This document shows, in pieces, positions 1-12,661 of a stretch of DNA of 64,000 nt. Positions within the stretch are counted from its first letter, which is position 1; the number at the start of each line of letters is the position of its first letter. The DNA is taken from positions 992,001 through 1,056,000 of the forward strand of contig NW_027191456.1 in the NCBI RefSeq assembly GCF_011745625.1, in the 5' to 3' direction. This stretch comes from Cladosporium halotolerans. Lineage: Eukaryota. Under the pieces are notes generated by a model. That model did no database searches. It saw only the letters and a program-made list of their open reading frames with translations, and was not told the DNA's origin. The position numbers were made by a program, and so were the translations under genes.

Positions 1-1
1 A

Positions 2-1063
2 GACAAGAAACTGTACAAGAACATCGAAGATGCACTGGAATCGCAGTATGCGACTCTCGTCCAGCTGTCTGCGTCGCTTAGTCCGCCTCCCGAGATCAGC
101 AAGCGCAATGATAAGCATAGAGATTCCACTGCAAGCGCTCAAGATTATGGAAGAAATGAGAGGAAGCGCAGTCGCACGGTTGAGATCCCGGAGATTGATC
201 TCTCCCGAGCGTCCCCCTTCGGACCCCTGAGTCAAGTGTCGTCCAGGCGCACGTTTGCGTATCTGATTGCAACCCTCAATGCAAGTCACTCTGACTACGA
301 CTTCTCGCACCTTCTACGACCCTCAGACTTCCAGAAGGAGCGTTCCCTCCGTGCCCTTGTGCACAACGTCGACTCGACGCTCTACAACTTGCGCCCCCGT
401 CACAGCAGCCTGGTTGCGAACCAGCAATACCTTGCACCGCCGAACCTCTCCAGCTCAGCTCCCGTGTCTAATGGTCTCGGCAATGAGGTATGGGGCCCTA
501 GGATGTGGTCTCTCATTGACAAGGAGATGAACCTCCGCGAATGCGAGAGATACAGCTACATGCCTCAGGACGACCCATTTGACGGCGAGGAGGGCGCAAT
601 ATGGAGTCTGCACTACTTCTTCTTCAACAAGGAGCGCAAGCGCGTCTGCTATCTCTATCTTCGCGGTCTCAGCGTGCTTTCGCACTCGCCTGTCCATGCG
701 CCCATGCACATTCACCGAACTCGCCAAAGCCGCGATTCTGGCGTCTCCGTCGGTGAAGGTGCCGGCAAGCGAGCAGATTACTGGCTCGGCTCAAGCATCG
801 ATGAAAATATCATGGATGAGGGCGAGTACGAGGATGACGACGATGAGATCATCCACGACGAGTATGAGCACCAGGACGACGAAGTTGAAGTCCCCTACAT
901 GGACCTGGACGAAGTGAGAAACCGCATTGTCGACGGCTACAACTACGATTTTGAGGAGATTGAATACGAAGAAGATACCTCCTCCTGGGCTGTCGACAAC
1001 GGGACGAAGACGAGAGGCGTAAGAGGCATGAGCGAGGAGATTGGCGATGCGATGGAGATATGA
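2..1063 (+). CDS. MAF1: Maf1, repressor of RNA polymerase III transcription (5' end lies outside the window)
   Basis: Frame open from base 2: DKKLYKNIE...SPFGPLSQVSSRRTFAYLIATLNASHSDYDFS, then DPF..GAIWSLHYFFFNKERKRVCYL, and an acidic C-terminal tail typical of Maf1. Confidence 0.93.
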   Translation, partial: DKKLYKNIEDALESQYATLVQLSASLSPPPEISKRNDKHRDSTASAQDYGRNERKRSRTVEIPEIDLSRASPFGPLSQVSSRRTFAYLIATLNASHSDYDFSHLLRPSDFQKERSLRALVHNVDSTLYNLRPRHSSLVANQQYLAPPNLSSSAPVSNGLGNEVWGPRMWSLIDKEMNLRECERYSYMPQDDPFDGEEGAIWSLHYFFFNKERKRVCYLYLRGLSVLSHSPVHAPMHIHRTRQSRDSGVSVGEGAGKRADYWLGSSIDENIMDEGEYEDDDDEIIHDEYEHQDDEVEVPYMDLDEVRNRIVDGYNYDFEEIEYEEDTSSWAVDNGTKTRGVRGMSEEIGDAMEI

Positions 1064-1887
1064 GCATCCATCAACCTCTCAACACGTGCATCTTCCGGTG
1101 AGACGGCAAATGCGCTTTTCAACTACCAGCCCGAACCATCCGTCACTTCGCCGCAATGGCAAATCGCCATCTGTTCAGCAAACCAAGGAAAACACACTTC
1201 ACTTACTCATGCTCCATACCCCCTGGGAGCACTCGACCCGCAAACAGCAACGACTTTCACTTTCGTCCTTTGGCGTTACACGGTCGTCTTTTCAGCGCGC
1301 GCGTAAGGGGTGGCAAGTTTTGGGATAAAGCACGCGATGATACCAGCTGGGTGTTCGGTGTTTTACTGTACGTGTATTTTCGGCGCATTGGGATCACGGA
1401 TGGTTTGCTCTTTCAAGACACTTCTGTTGTCTGTCTCTGTCTTCTTTTCGTATGCAGCAGAATGTGGAGGAGAGCGTAACCCAGCCGGTGTAGCGTGTCA
1501 GTCATGAGATTCTGCAAATAATGAATTCAATGTCAATTACTTCAACTTTTCGCTGGATGACCGCGCTCTGACGGACTCATTATTCTAATTGTTCCATTTT
1601 TGCTCTATCGCCAACAATATCATGATCTTGCAAGGTCCCTGTATTCGAGAACACTGTCTCCTGTTGGCGACCGTCTTGTCTACTGCACGGAATTCGACAT
1701 TTAATAGGGCGATATCCAGTACGCTCGATGTCCACTACTATCAACACCACCAGATCATAAAGTTCATCAAATGCCAAAAACGCCAACCAGTGCGCGGACC
1801 AAATCCATCAAATCGGTCTCACAGCCCTCAAATCGGCTGTCCGGCAACCTGCAAATCAAAATCGTCAGCACAAACCCCCTTCATCGT

Positions 1888-3815
1888 TCAATCAATGAAC
1901 TCCTCCCACAGCGAACTCACCTTGAACGGATGCGCCTCCGTGTTGTAAACCCACTCGTTCTTGCCCACGCCCTCCACGCCGCCAACCTGCCACTCCGCCG
2001 CGGGGTCCGCGTGGATCAGGTACGCGTACTTGAGCACTTCGGCGAAGAAGAAGGACTCCTGGAAGTTGCTGAAGGAGCCGCCGTTGGCGGCGTTCACGTT
2101 CGTCACGCTGCTGTACCCGCTGCCGACGCGCGTGATGTCGGCTACCGCGCGGAAGCCGGCGTAGGACCACTGTTGGACATCTGTTAGCGAGCTGTTGGTC
2201 GGTCGTAGGGAAGGCGAGGGACTGGGAGGGACGTACGTCCTGGTACTTCCTGTCGCCCGTCGCGCGCCACGCGTAGTAGAAGCTCTCCAGCACCTCCGGG
2301 CGCAGCTGGTAGCCGGCGCTGGTGATGTAGAAGCCTGCTTCCTCGTAGAACTCACGCTGGTCGGCCGGCACGCGGCGCGAGTCCCAGCCGAAGCCCTCGG
2401 GCCCGATGCCCGTCAGCGTGCTGTTGTACGTGGCTTCGCAGCCGGCGACGAGCTCGAGGCCGAAGTCGATGTAGCGCTGCGAGCCGAGCACGAGGCCGCC
2501 GAGAATGAAGTTGCCGCCGTCGAAGCAGGCTAGGTGGCCAGACGAGAGGCTGAGGGTGCGGTTATTGTAGGCCGCGAGGAAGGTTAGGTCTGGGCGGCTG
2601 GCGGGGTGCGAGGCGAGGTGGTCGATGGAGCTGTCGGCTGCGAGGATCCAGCTGGGAGGCGTGAGTGGTTGAAACGGGTCATGAGGATTGTGTGGCTTAC
2701 CGGTCTTTGTACCCGTCGAAGCGAGAGGTGTCGTAAACGTACATCTAAAATTGAGGGTCAGTGGTGCTCGAGAGATTGCGATTGTGCCGTATCTAACCTT
2801 GATGAGGTACTCGTAGAACGAGTCGGTGCCGCCATTCCATCCGCCAGAGGCATCGACGAAACGACCAGAGTTGATATCAATATTGGTGCCTACGAGGCCT
2901 GGCCATGGCTCGGACGAAGCAGGCTGGGGGCTAAGAAGGTAGCCCTCGGCTTTCTGGGTGAGCTGGGCGTAGGTCTCATTTCCAGTCAAGTCGGACAAGC
3001 GAGTCCATTCGAGCACCAGGGTGCCGGCGGTGGCCAGGCCGTTAGTGCGCGATCCGTCATTGCCGCGGTTGCTGAAGATGAGGTTGTTGTGCGGAATGCC
3101 GGAAGGAGTCTCGAAAGCGTAGCTCATGTTGTTCGCCAGGTTCACTGCTTGGTCCAGAAGCGCGTCGACTTTGCTTGACTGGATCGCTTCATCAGCATAC
3201 CGAACAGCAAACCATAAACAGCATTGACAATTGCTTGGTACTCACATCGTCCACCATATCCGCCAATGGGCCCTTGAGCAAATCGTAGCCCGACAACAAA
3301 CCCGCCACGTATCTGATCGTGGTTTCGAACAAGCTGACAGGTTCATCGTTTGCGCTCACACTCCAGTCGATATCAGGCACATAGTCCACGATCTGGTTGA
3401 CGATTTCCGGAATCTGCATGACCAGAGCAGTCGATAGAGCGTCGATTGCGGAAGCACCCCAGCCATTGCTAGATTGCCATCAGTCATGACTATACTTCTC
3501 TAGTCAGAGATTCGTCTAGCGAAACTCACCGAGAGTTTCCAAAAGTGTTGTCGACGGGATACAGCTCGTCGTTCGGGAAAGCGTATCTGCGCCATGTCAA
3601 TCAGCCTGTCGTTCTTTACATCGATCCTCCGATACCTTCAACCAAACATACTTGTAATATCCATCCCAAGCCGTCTGGAAAACATCCTGCACCTCATCCG
3701 CTCTCTTCCTCGCCTCGTCTGCCGAAACTCCCCTCTCGTCGAGTCTCCTCGCCGGCAGCGCCAAAGCGCTCTGCGCCGCCAGCGAAGTGGTCGCTGCAAT
3801 TAGCGTATAACGCAT
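1888..3815 (-). CDS. Secreted class I alpha-1,2-mannosidase (GH47, MsdS-like), about 6 introns
   Basis: Signal peptide [19 protein letters not shown] from ATG at 3815. GH47 motifs [50 protein letters not shown] and YNTEAHP are spread over several ORF fragments separated by GT..AG introns. Confidence 0.93.
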
Positions 3816-5106
3816 GGTCGGTAACAATGTAGTTGTAGAGCTATGCTGGCGACGAAAGATATCCAGTACCAAATGCAAAAGAAGCGGCTCGAACGAGAAA
3901 GACCGTTCACTTCCTCAGCTCTCAAACAGCGACAACGAAGTCAACAAGATAAAGCAGCAGCAGTGAAAATAGAAAAAACGCACCGGGCCTCGCAGCCTTC
4001 ACATGCCACTCACTTAAGTTCCGTCCCAAAAGGCAAGCGCGAAGGGAGAGACCCGTCCTGCCCTGCCCTGACCTCACCTAGTCCTAGTCCAACGGCCGAG
4101 GGGGCGCCTCTCTGCCCGCCTACCTACCTACCTTGCCGTCCTACCCAGCACGCACGCACGAGCGCTCGCCCATCCCATGCCATGTCTCATCGCATCGGGC
4201 GACGCAGAGTCGCAACGCCCCCAACGGCGCGTGAACTCTGCGGCCCGCGTCGCGCGCGCGCGCTTCGGCTACGTGCGTGTGATGCGGGCGAGCGAGGCGG
4301 ACTGGGAGTCGGGATGTTTATGCCCGTCTACGTACAGTCGATAGTGCCGGGTCGAGTATTTGCTGTTTAGTGCGGTGTAACCTTGCACGCGACTGCATGG
4401 GGAGCATGTGCGGTGATCAGCGGGCTGCTTTGGGACGAGGGCGATCGGCGGGCGGGATCCTTTGCAAAGGTTCGCGTGGAGGGCGAGCGCGCGCGAGGTG
4501 TGTCGATCAGCAGTAAAGGCACGGCGTCTTGTTCTTCTTCGCTGGGAAAAGGAGCAGACGCAAGACGCGAGTGAGATCGAGCTGCCGGAAGCACGTACTG
4601 TACTGCACTGCACGCTGACGATGTGACAAAATCCGCAGCCAGATGCCGCGAATGCCGAGCTGCCTCGCAGTGCCTCGCAGGACCTTGCAGCGAAAAAGAG
4701 GGGCGCTCTTCTCGGACGACGCAGGTCGACGATCCCCAGGAGCAACTATTAGGAGGTGCAGAAGGCGGCGGCTCGAAAAGGGAAGCGTGATCCCTGAGCG
4801 TGACTCGGTTGGGCGGGCTTGTAGGGGAGCTCGGGTCAGGAACAGGGAGGGATCTGCGTGGGGAAGGTTTATGGGGCTCTGGGGTTGCGCGATGCCGCTG
4901 TTGATCACAATAATGAGAGGCCGCATGATTGCGCAAGATGCGCTAGACCGGACTGGCAGGTCGTCATGCTCTGTTGGTTATTGCGTAGGGGTCATGGGTT
5001 GGAAGTAAAGGTTGGAGGTTGAGGCTGGCATGTAACGATGGATGTGAGACGGGCCAGAAAATGAACGCTAGAAGTGTAACTCCATATGTACTGTATGAAT
5101 ATAAGA

Positions 5107-5139
5107 AATAATCAAAAGCAATAATCAAAAGCAATAATC
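5107..5139. repeat. Short tandem repeat, 13-bp unit AATAATCAAAAGC x2.5, in the kinase 3' region
   Basis: aataatcaaaagc aataatcaaaagc aataatc read directly. Confidence 0.8.
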
Positions 5140-5297
5140 CCAAGACCGCAGAATCGCTCGCACAGCATCATGCACGCGGTGAAATACCGTAACACGCAAA
5201 CCAAAGACAAGACAGCTCTCGCGTGCCGGCCACGGGTCCCGGTGTCACGACAGCAGCTACCCTGCAGCGACGCAGAACACCTCGTGCCAGCAGCGAG

Positions 5298-7022
5298 TCA
5301 AGCGTCAAGCATGAACGCATCATTCTCCAACAAACTCTTGCTCGCGACGAAACTGAATCCGCCGAACGGATCGCCCTCCGCCTTCGAGTACTGATCAGCC
5401 TCGATCTTTGGGAAATTCGCGCTCGCGCGCGTGACAACCGGACTCAGCGGAATGGACGTGAACTCGTCGCTGAAATTCTCCGCCAGCTCCGGGTCCGTGA
5501 TGACAGGCATGATCGGGGGCTCGACCTCGCGGCGCTCCAGCTTCCGCCAGTCGATCTTGCGGAAGAAGCGGTGCGCCTTGAGCGCTTTCAGGTCCTTGGC
5601 CGTGGTGCCGCCGAGGCGCTTCGCGGGCTCCTTGCGCAGCAGGCGCGTCAGCAGGTCCTTCGCGTCCGGGCCCAGGAAGTAGGGCAGCTGCAGCTTCTGC
5701 TTGAGGATGTTCTGCTGGATCTTGGCGTGGTTGCCGCCGCCGAACGGCGGGCTGCCCGTCAGCAGGTCGAAGCCGATCGCGCCCAGCGACCACCAGTCGA
5801 CGGCGAAGTCGTACGCAGTGCCCTGCACGACTTCCGGCGCCATGTATTCGATCGTACCGAGGACGCTGTTCGTGCGCGAGTCTTCTTCTTCCACGGCGAC
5901 TTTGGACAGGCCGAAGTCGGTGAGGAGGAGGTGGCCTTCGGAGTCGAGGAGGCAGTTCTCGGGTTTGAGGTCGCGGTAGATTACACGCACGTTGTGGTGC
6001 AGGTGCTCGAGAGCGAGCACGATCTCGGCCATGTAGAAGGCTGCCACGTCCTCGGTGAACATGCGTTCGAGGGCGAGGTGGTGGAAGAGCTCGCCGCCTT
6101 GAGCGTACTCCAGGATGAGGTAAAGACGCTCGTGGTCCTGGAAAGCGTAAAACAATTTGACGACGAAAGGATGGCGGTTGACAGACTCGAGGATCGCGCG
6201 CTCCGTCTTGGTTTGTTCTATCAGACGCTTGTGCACGGTAAGCGAAGCCTTGCGGAACTGCTTCTGAGCGTAGAGACGGCCCGTCGCCTTCTGCTTGACC
6301 AGATGAACGGTGCCGAAGGCGCCCTTGCCCAGGCAACGCAATGGCTCGAAGTCGTCCGCGCACATCTTGCGGTGGACAGACTTGTTGCGCATACCCCCCT
6401 CAATGGCTTGGGACGCGAAGATCGGGGTCTGAGTGCCGGCGTCCGGGCTCATGAATTCCTCGTCCAGGTCTACCTGGTACGAATCCATCTCGGCTCGGTC
6501 GGCATCGCTACCGCGCGACGAACGCGAGCTTTCGTAGCCCAAGGAAGAGTTCGAAATCACCCTGGCGAGGTTGTTCGGGCGCTCTGCAGCGGGACGCTCT
6601 CCATTGTCCAGAGACAGCGCGTCCAGCCTCGACTTGAGCGCGCTGATCCCTCCACCCGTAGTAGCAGCTCTCATGGCAGGGCTGTTCGTACCACTGCCAG
6701 TGTCGATCATGCGCGTAGCGCCCATAAGCGGCGTGGGCGCAGCAGAGACATCAGACTCCTCGCCGCACGAAGTCACAGGCGTGTGGAAACCCTTGATGAC
6801 AGTGGCAGCTGGCGCGGCCGGCGGCATGCCCTTCTTCTTGTTCTTCTTCCGCTTCTTCGCTTCCTTCTTGATTGCCTCGTGATCAAGTTTGGGGATCGGC
6901 ATGCGCTCTTCCTCAGGCGGAACCTCGCGTACGGGCTGGCGCGCGGGCGACGCAATCGCAATCGGAGGTGAGACCTGGGTGGTCAAAGCAGGCAGTTCGC
7001 TGTCGATGTCCATGGCCGGCAT
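5298..7022 (-). CDS. AGC-family Ser/Thr kinase, S6K/Psk1-like
   Basis: GKGAFG loop, YAQK, YRDLKPEN, DFG and GTIEYMAPE, plus an AGC C-terminal tail with hydrophobic motif FGGFSF; 574-aa uninterrupted ORF. Confidence 0.9.
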   Translation of the reverse strand: MPAMDIDSELPALTTQVSPPIAIASPARQPVREVPPEEERMPIPKLDHEAIKKEAKKRKKNKKKGMPPAAPAATVIKGFHTPVTSCGEESDVSAAPTPLMGATRMIDTGSGTNSPAMRAATTGGGISALKSRLDALSLDNGERPAAERPNNLARVISNSSLGYESSRSSRGSDADRAEMDSYQVDLDEEFMSPDAGTQTPIFASQAIEGGMRNKSVHRKMCADDFEPLRCLGKGAFGTVHLVKQKATGRLYAQKQFRKASLTVHKRLIEQTKTERAILESVNRHPFVVKLFYAFQDHERLYLILEYAQGGELFHHLALERMFTEDVAAFYMAEIVLALEHLHHNVRVIYRDLKPENCLLDSEGHLLLTDFGLSKVAVEEEDSRTNSVLGTIEYMAPEVVQGTAYDFAVDWWSLGAIGFDLLTGSPPFGGGNHAKIQQNILKQKLQLPYFLGPDAKDLLTRLLRKEPAKRLGGTTAKDLKALKAHRFFRKIDWRKLERREVEPPIMPVITDPELAENFSDEFTSIPLSPVVTRASANFPKIEADQYSKAEGDPFGGFSFVASKSLLENDAFMLDA

Positions 7023-8024
7023 GTTAATCCGCGGCGCTCAAGGTCGGTACTTGGGAGTTTTCCGTGATCCTGAATGTATCTTGTGTGGAGCCTACACCGT
7101 GCCGTGGTGAAAGTGCTCGCTCACTCTCCCTTCCTGTCAAAGTGACTGCCTTCTCTTTTTCTCTTCACCCCTCTCTAGCCTTTTTCGCCCACCTCTCACG
7201 GTGGGCCTCTCACCAGTAGCCAGTCCAAGTTGGCGAAGCTCGACTCAGTCCTCGACAAGCCTCCAGCGATCCCCAAGAAAACGGAAACGGCGATCTTGCT
7301 CTGCGCGGTCGCGGCAAGTGTGACGGTTTCGGCGCGCGTGTAGTAGCCCATAGATGAAGGGAGCTTGCTCGAAAAGGGACGAAGTGTGCTGTGCGTGTGT
7401 GTGTCGCCAGGTCCTGCTTCCCCGGCGGCTGTATTAGATGTGTACGGTGTGTCGTAGGTGAGGAGTGTGTGGGCAAGGCGTTTGCTCTGCGGCTGGGTTG
7501 GGTTGGATCCGGGACGCTCTGGCCGTCTTTTTACAGCGGGGAACGCGGACGGCCCCAGATGACGCTCCGCAGACGCGACGAGGCAAAGCCGCAACGTTCT
7601 CGATTCGATTGGCTGTCGCGCGAGGATGTTGTGTGATCGACTGCTGGCCCGAGAAACGAGGCTGAGACTCGGTGCGAGTGTGGCCCCTCGAGTAGTGGCA
7701 CGATCGTGCCCCTTTGCAGCCTCCGTGTCCGGATGTGGAATGCGGCGCATCTTTGTCTCACTCTTCAGACTTCAGAGTTCCTCGTCAGGAGAATCGCTGC
7801 TGGTCGTGCTCCAGTTATGGACGAAGAGGTTAGTTTACAAGACTTGTTATGATCTTGCCATATTCTCCGGCGACATCTTGTTTGTGAACCATCGTGTAGG
7901 TACCGTCGGGTAGATACTAAACACACGGTGAAACCCACCGGGTCGATGGACAACAGTAACTGTTTCTAAAAAAGAACATTACTATATCAACACCATAGTC
8001 ACACAAGTCTTCGCTCGTCCACCA

Positions 8025-10119
8025 CTACACCTTCCGCCTCAACAACCCCCTAAAGAAGTCAAAACTATTGCTATCGCTCTGCAACTGCCATCTCTTCCCC
8101 GTCTCGCGATCCTGCCACCCCAGCTCCTCCGCAACCAGCAGTCCCCAATCGCTCGTGATCCCCTTGATCCTCGCCCGCGCCCCGCCCTCCGTCTCCAGCG
8201 TCACGATCTGGTCCGTGTGCAGCCACGAGCGGTAGTACGCCTCTTCGAACTGCTTGTCGAATCCCGCGCGGCAGAAGCGCGTGTACAGTGCTTCGAAGTT
8301 CGCGAGGATGGACGCGAGGAGCTTTTCCGGTGTGAGGGACGGCAGGCCTGCACGCGCGGCGAGCTGGGACAGAGAGGTTGTCGGCGCGGCGTTAGTCAAG
8401 TTCAGCCCGATCCCGACGACCAGCGTGTAGTCGCCGCCGGCGTAGCTGGAGTTGACGAGGATGCCGCCGATTTTGACGTAGGCCTTTTCGCTCGCGGGCT
8501 TCGTCGGGTCTAGCGCGTAGATGTCGTTCGGCCATTTCAATTTGATGGGCATTTTGGCGTACCCTTTGTCGTAGCCCTGCACGCCTTGCACGACGGCGAG
8601 CGCCGCGAGGTATTGCACGAAGACGACGGGTGCGGTGCTGGAGAGCGAGAGCGAGTGCCGCAGGACGAAGCTGAATGGCATGCCGCCTGGTGGGGAGACC
8701 CAGACATTGGAGCCGCGGCCACGGCCGGCGACTTGGGTCGTGGCTGCTGCGACGAGACCGCTGGGGAGATGTTCGAGCCAGGAGGGGTTTTTGTCCAGCA
8801 TGGTGTTGGTGCTGGTGACGACTTCGCCATACATCATAATTTTGCCGAAAGTGTGTTGCGACTCGCGCTGTTGTGCATGGTAGTCTTTGAGGTTCCAGAA
8901 GAAGGCGTTGTGGTTGAAGTAGGGAGTCTGCTTGCTGTCGGGCGTGCTCGACTCGTGCAAGAGGATGCGTTTCGGCAGGGAGTTATAGTCGACTAGCCTG
9001 TCCTCAGACGGATCAGTCTTGTTCTTCTCGCCAGCTGCTTCTGAGACAGCCTTGTGCACCGCGCTCATGTCCCAGCTGTCTCCGCTATCTGACTGCAAGA
9101 TAAACGTCTCGTTCTCGCCCTTGATAATCTCCCTTCCGTCTTCCTTCTTCATAATTCCAGCTTCTTGCCAGCCGTGCACCAGCTCAGAGACAACACCTGG
9201 TTCTGCAGCAGAAAAGTGCAAAAGAGATAGGGACGGTACCGCTTCAGTCTGCTGGCTCACTTCGAGCCCAAGCTTAATCAAGCATGCTTTCATGAAGTCC
9301 ACTCGTTGTTTCTCGTCTTCGACCAAGGCATCGATGACTTCACGGTAGTTAGCCGGGCCTGACGGCTCGTCACGGTTGAGATTAGTACCGGAGAATCTGA
9401 ATGATGTTAGCCCATCCCAACAATATCCTTTCCTGGGCCACCTACTCAGGATGCGGTCCGGACAGTAGCGCTCCTCCCTCTCCGCTCTTGCAATACACCA
9501 TAGCAGCATCGCCACCCTCCACAGCAAGCTCATCCGTATACCTCGCAACGACCTCAACTCCTCGGTCCTTGAACGAATCAGCATCAACAAAGACCCCACC
9601 GCCATTATAGTAAACTCTCAAACTCTCCGGCACCGCACCCCCACCCGCCGCCAACGCCTCCTTCACAACCCCCAACCCCGCCGCCCTCGTCCCCATCTCA
9701 GACCCATACTCAAACCCCCCAAACGCCAAACCCCTACACGTCCCCGGAAAAAACGCCAACTCCCTCTCCCCCACAACCTCCATCCCCTTCCTCCCCACCT
9801 CCCACTCGCACCTGCCCGCCCCATAGTACCCGCCCGCGCAGAGCCCCAGGTACCGCCCGCCCATCTGCACGTACTGCTTGATGCGCCTGTTCCCCTCGCC
9901 ATTCAGCGCTCGCGCGTACCCCATGTCCGCGCCGCCCGGCATCACGAGCAAAGCGCACGACGCCATCCAGGGCTCTTTGAGGATCTGCTCTGCGCTCACG
10001 GTCAGCACCGCGTAATGCGGGCCGAGCAGGCGGCGGAGAGACCAGACGGCGTGCCGGACGGAGGAGGTGGTTGAGCCGGCGCCGGCGTAGACGAGGACGT
10101 TGACACGTTTGGTCGACAT
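8025..10119 (-). CDS. BPL1: Biotin--protein ligase (holocarboxylase synthetase); 2 exons, intron 9397-9445
   Basis: N-terminal BPL_N domain (VLVYAG, LLVMPGGAD, YLGLCAGGYY, SGPHPEF across the splice). Catalytic motifs QVAGRGRGSNVWVSP, KWPNDIY, KIGGILV and C-terminal SFDFFRGL. Confidence 0.94.
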
Positions 10120-10255
10120 GGTGGGTTGGTGGTTGTTGGGTGAAGTGGCGGGTCACGTGCGCAGGTGGTGAGGGTTCGAGCTTGCGGTGGAGAACGTGAG
10201 TCTTGACTCTTTTAACAACTTGTTGATTTTTTCTGGGGAGAAGAGATATTTCGAG

Positions 10256-10696
10256 ATGTCGAATGCAGAGAGTGATCGCAAGCCTGACGATGGTGCTGAG
10301 GATGATGATGAGCCTGATGAGTGGTTTGTTCGAGACCGATGTCTGGCTTAATGACGGGGTGCTGATTGACGACTTGCAGGGACAAGAGGATCTTCAGCAC
10401 TGGTTGCTCAGGTATGTTCTCTTCCTTTGGGAAAACCAGATGACCAGCCGAATTGTCTCAATCTGACTTGTCGACAGAGGAAAACACCAAGCTGAACGAT
10501 TGCTTCTACGAAAAGAAGGACTGGCGGGCGTGCAAGGACGAGGTAAGTCGCGCCAATGACCGTCCGGGAGATTCTTCTCTCGAGGGCGGTCTTGTTATTA
10601 AACAGGACTTGACAATAAAGCTTGCAGATGGAAGCGTTCAAGCAATGTTGGAAGCGGCAGGGCAACGATGACAGGACCGAGGCCAAAGACGCCTGA
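10256..10696 (+). CDS. COA4: Twin CX9C mitochondrial protein, cytochrome c oxidase assembly factor 4-like; 4 short exons
   Basis: Spliced by hand: MSNAESDRKPDDGAEDDDEPDEW|DKRIFSTGCS|EENTKLNDCFYEKKDWRACKDE|MEAFKQCWKRQGNDDRTEAKDA*. Contains two CX9C motifs. Confidence 0.85.
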
Positions 10697-10998
10697 TCTG
10701 GCTTGCTCGGTGGTGGAGGAGCTTCCAGAAACAGCAGCTTCCACAAACAGCTGTAGCAACACTGTGTATACTACAATATTTGTACAATAGTACTTCTACT
10801 CTTACATGCATTCAGTACATTAGACCCTTTCAATGGCATTATACCCACGCATCGTGACGCCCTCTTTCTTCTGCGCCGCCACATGATGCGCCGCGCCCGA
10901 GGTGGGCGAACGTCCATGCCGCCGACTTTCATCTCGAAGTCGACGAGCTCCAGCAACCGCCGAGACCCACGACATCACCTTTCTCACCACCCACCACC

Positions 10999-12000
10999 AT
11001 GAGCGTACCAGCTTCCCGCCGCGCAGGCGCCGGCCTCCTAGCACATCTCACCACGACATCCAGACAAGGCACCCACCAAACCCGCCAACACGCGACTCGC
11101 TTCTACCAGCACCGCGCCATCTCATCAGCAACCCGCCTCCACCAGCAACCCTCGAACAACAGCAACACCACCCCTCCCACACAACCCCCGGCCCCCAAGA
11201 ACGTCCCGCGCACCCCCACGCCCCAAACTGCCGCCTCACAAGTCAAACCCGCCAACTCGAACAACGGCGCCCTCTCCCCCACCCCCGACGCCCTGCACTC
11301 CCTCACGGACGGCCTCACCGACCCGCCCCCCACCCTCTCCCCCGACGAGAAGCAAGTCGACTGGACGCGCTCCTACCACGGTCTCTCCTCCAGCCCCTTC
11401 ACGGCCGAGCAGGCCGCCATCCTGCAGGCGGAGCTGCACCCGGACGACATCGAGGTCAAGCCCGACGGCATCCTGTACCTGCCTGAGATCAAGTACCGGC
11501 GGATTCTGAACAGGGCTTTCGGGCCGGGCGGCTGGGGCCTGGCGCCTAGGGGCGAGACGATCGTGACGGGCAAGTTGGTTACGAGGGAGTACGGGCTTGT
11601 TTGCGGAGGACGGTGAGTTTGCGACCCCTTCGTTTGAGAAAAAAGAAAGCAGGCAAGGCAAGGCAAAGGTGCACGGCTGACAGAAGATTGTGTTGATAGA
11701 CTCGTCTCCCTCGCCCGCGGCGAGCAAGCGTACTTCGACCCCGACGGCATCCCGACGGCTACTGAAGGGTGCAAATCGAACGCGCTGATGCGCTGCTGCA
11801 AGGACCTGGGCATCGCGTCGGAGCTCTGGGATCCGAGGTTTATTCGCGGGTTCATGCGCGAGTATGCGCGGGAGCTGTTTGTGGAGCATTTGACGACGAA
11901 GAAGAGGAGGAGGCATTTTATGAGGAAGGACGATGAGGTTAGGTGGCCGTACAAGGAGGTTCCTGCTGGTGGGCAGGCGGGGCAGACGGGGAGGAGGTGA
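10999..12000 (+). CDS. MGM101: Mitochondrial genome maintenance protein Mgm101; intron 11613-11699
   Basis: Arg/Ser-rich presequence; [70 protein letters not shown]. Confidence 0.94.
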
Positions 12001-12661
12001 GTGGATGGAGGATGAGGAAGGGATGGTGGATGGTCTGTATTGTACGACGCCACGGCGTGTGGACACACTGGTCCGGTTCGGCGAAGGTCGGAAACTGTAT
12101 AAAAGACAAGCGAGAAAGGGCGGCCGCGGGTTGTCAAGCGGCTTAGACATCATGTACCATATCACAAAGACTTGTACGATACTGCACTTACACGGAACGA
12201 CAAGACGGGCCAAAAGGGTTGGTCTCAATCTCAATATCTCTTCTAGTCTTTCATACTAGTGGCAGTGATAAATCGTAGTAGTACATCTGACTTTCCCTTC
12301 CCAGAAAGCCTCAATCCTAGCCCTGTCCAGTCTCCCCCTTGACGGCGCAGAACCTATCACACCGCACGAGGCGACAGACTTCCTTTCTTCTTGCTCCGAG
12401 GACAATAGCTGATGATTACCTAGCTTTTCTGCAAGTTTTGCGCGGCTGGGCGTTTTCCCTCTGAGGATCGCCCGATGTCCGTCCCTTCTGAATGAATTTT
12501 TTCCGATATTGTGAACGCCGAAGAACTCCTTCGCTATGCCCTTGTCTCGTGACTGACCTTTGTCAAAACCCCACGTCTCCTCTCGTGGTCCTTTTTCCGT
12601 TCTGAGCCGCCCATTTCTGATCTTTGAAGAAGGCAGAGGCCTCCATCCTCCCTCCCCAAAT

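Noticed and set aside
1888..3815. Apparent frameshifts or pseudogenes in the mannosidase (also oxdC and the TF)
   Set aside because: The frame changes coincide with GT..CTRAC..AG introns whose removal restores conserved motifs.
3843..5008. Several 120-190-aa ORFs in the mannosidase upstream region
   Set aside because: Arg/Pro/Ser-rich translations typical of GC-rich non-coding DNA; no consistent exon structure.
5223..6971. 582-aa antisense ORF over the kinase, and similar long antisense ORFs at 12560-13825, 14723-16288, 17690-18826, 19700-20737 and 30132-31457
   Set aside because: Shadow ORFs expected from high GC3 in the real gene on the opposite strand; no recognisable motifs.
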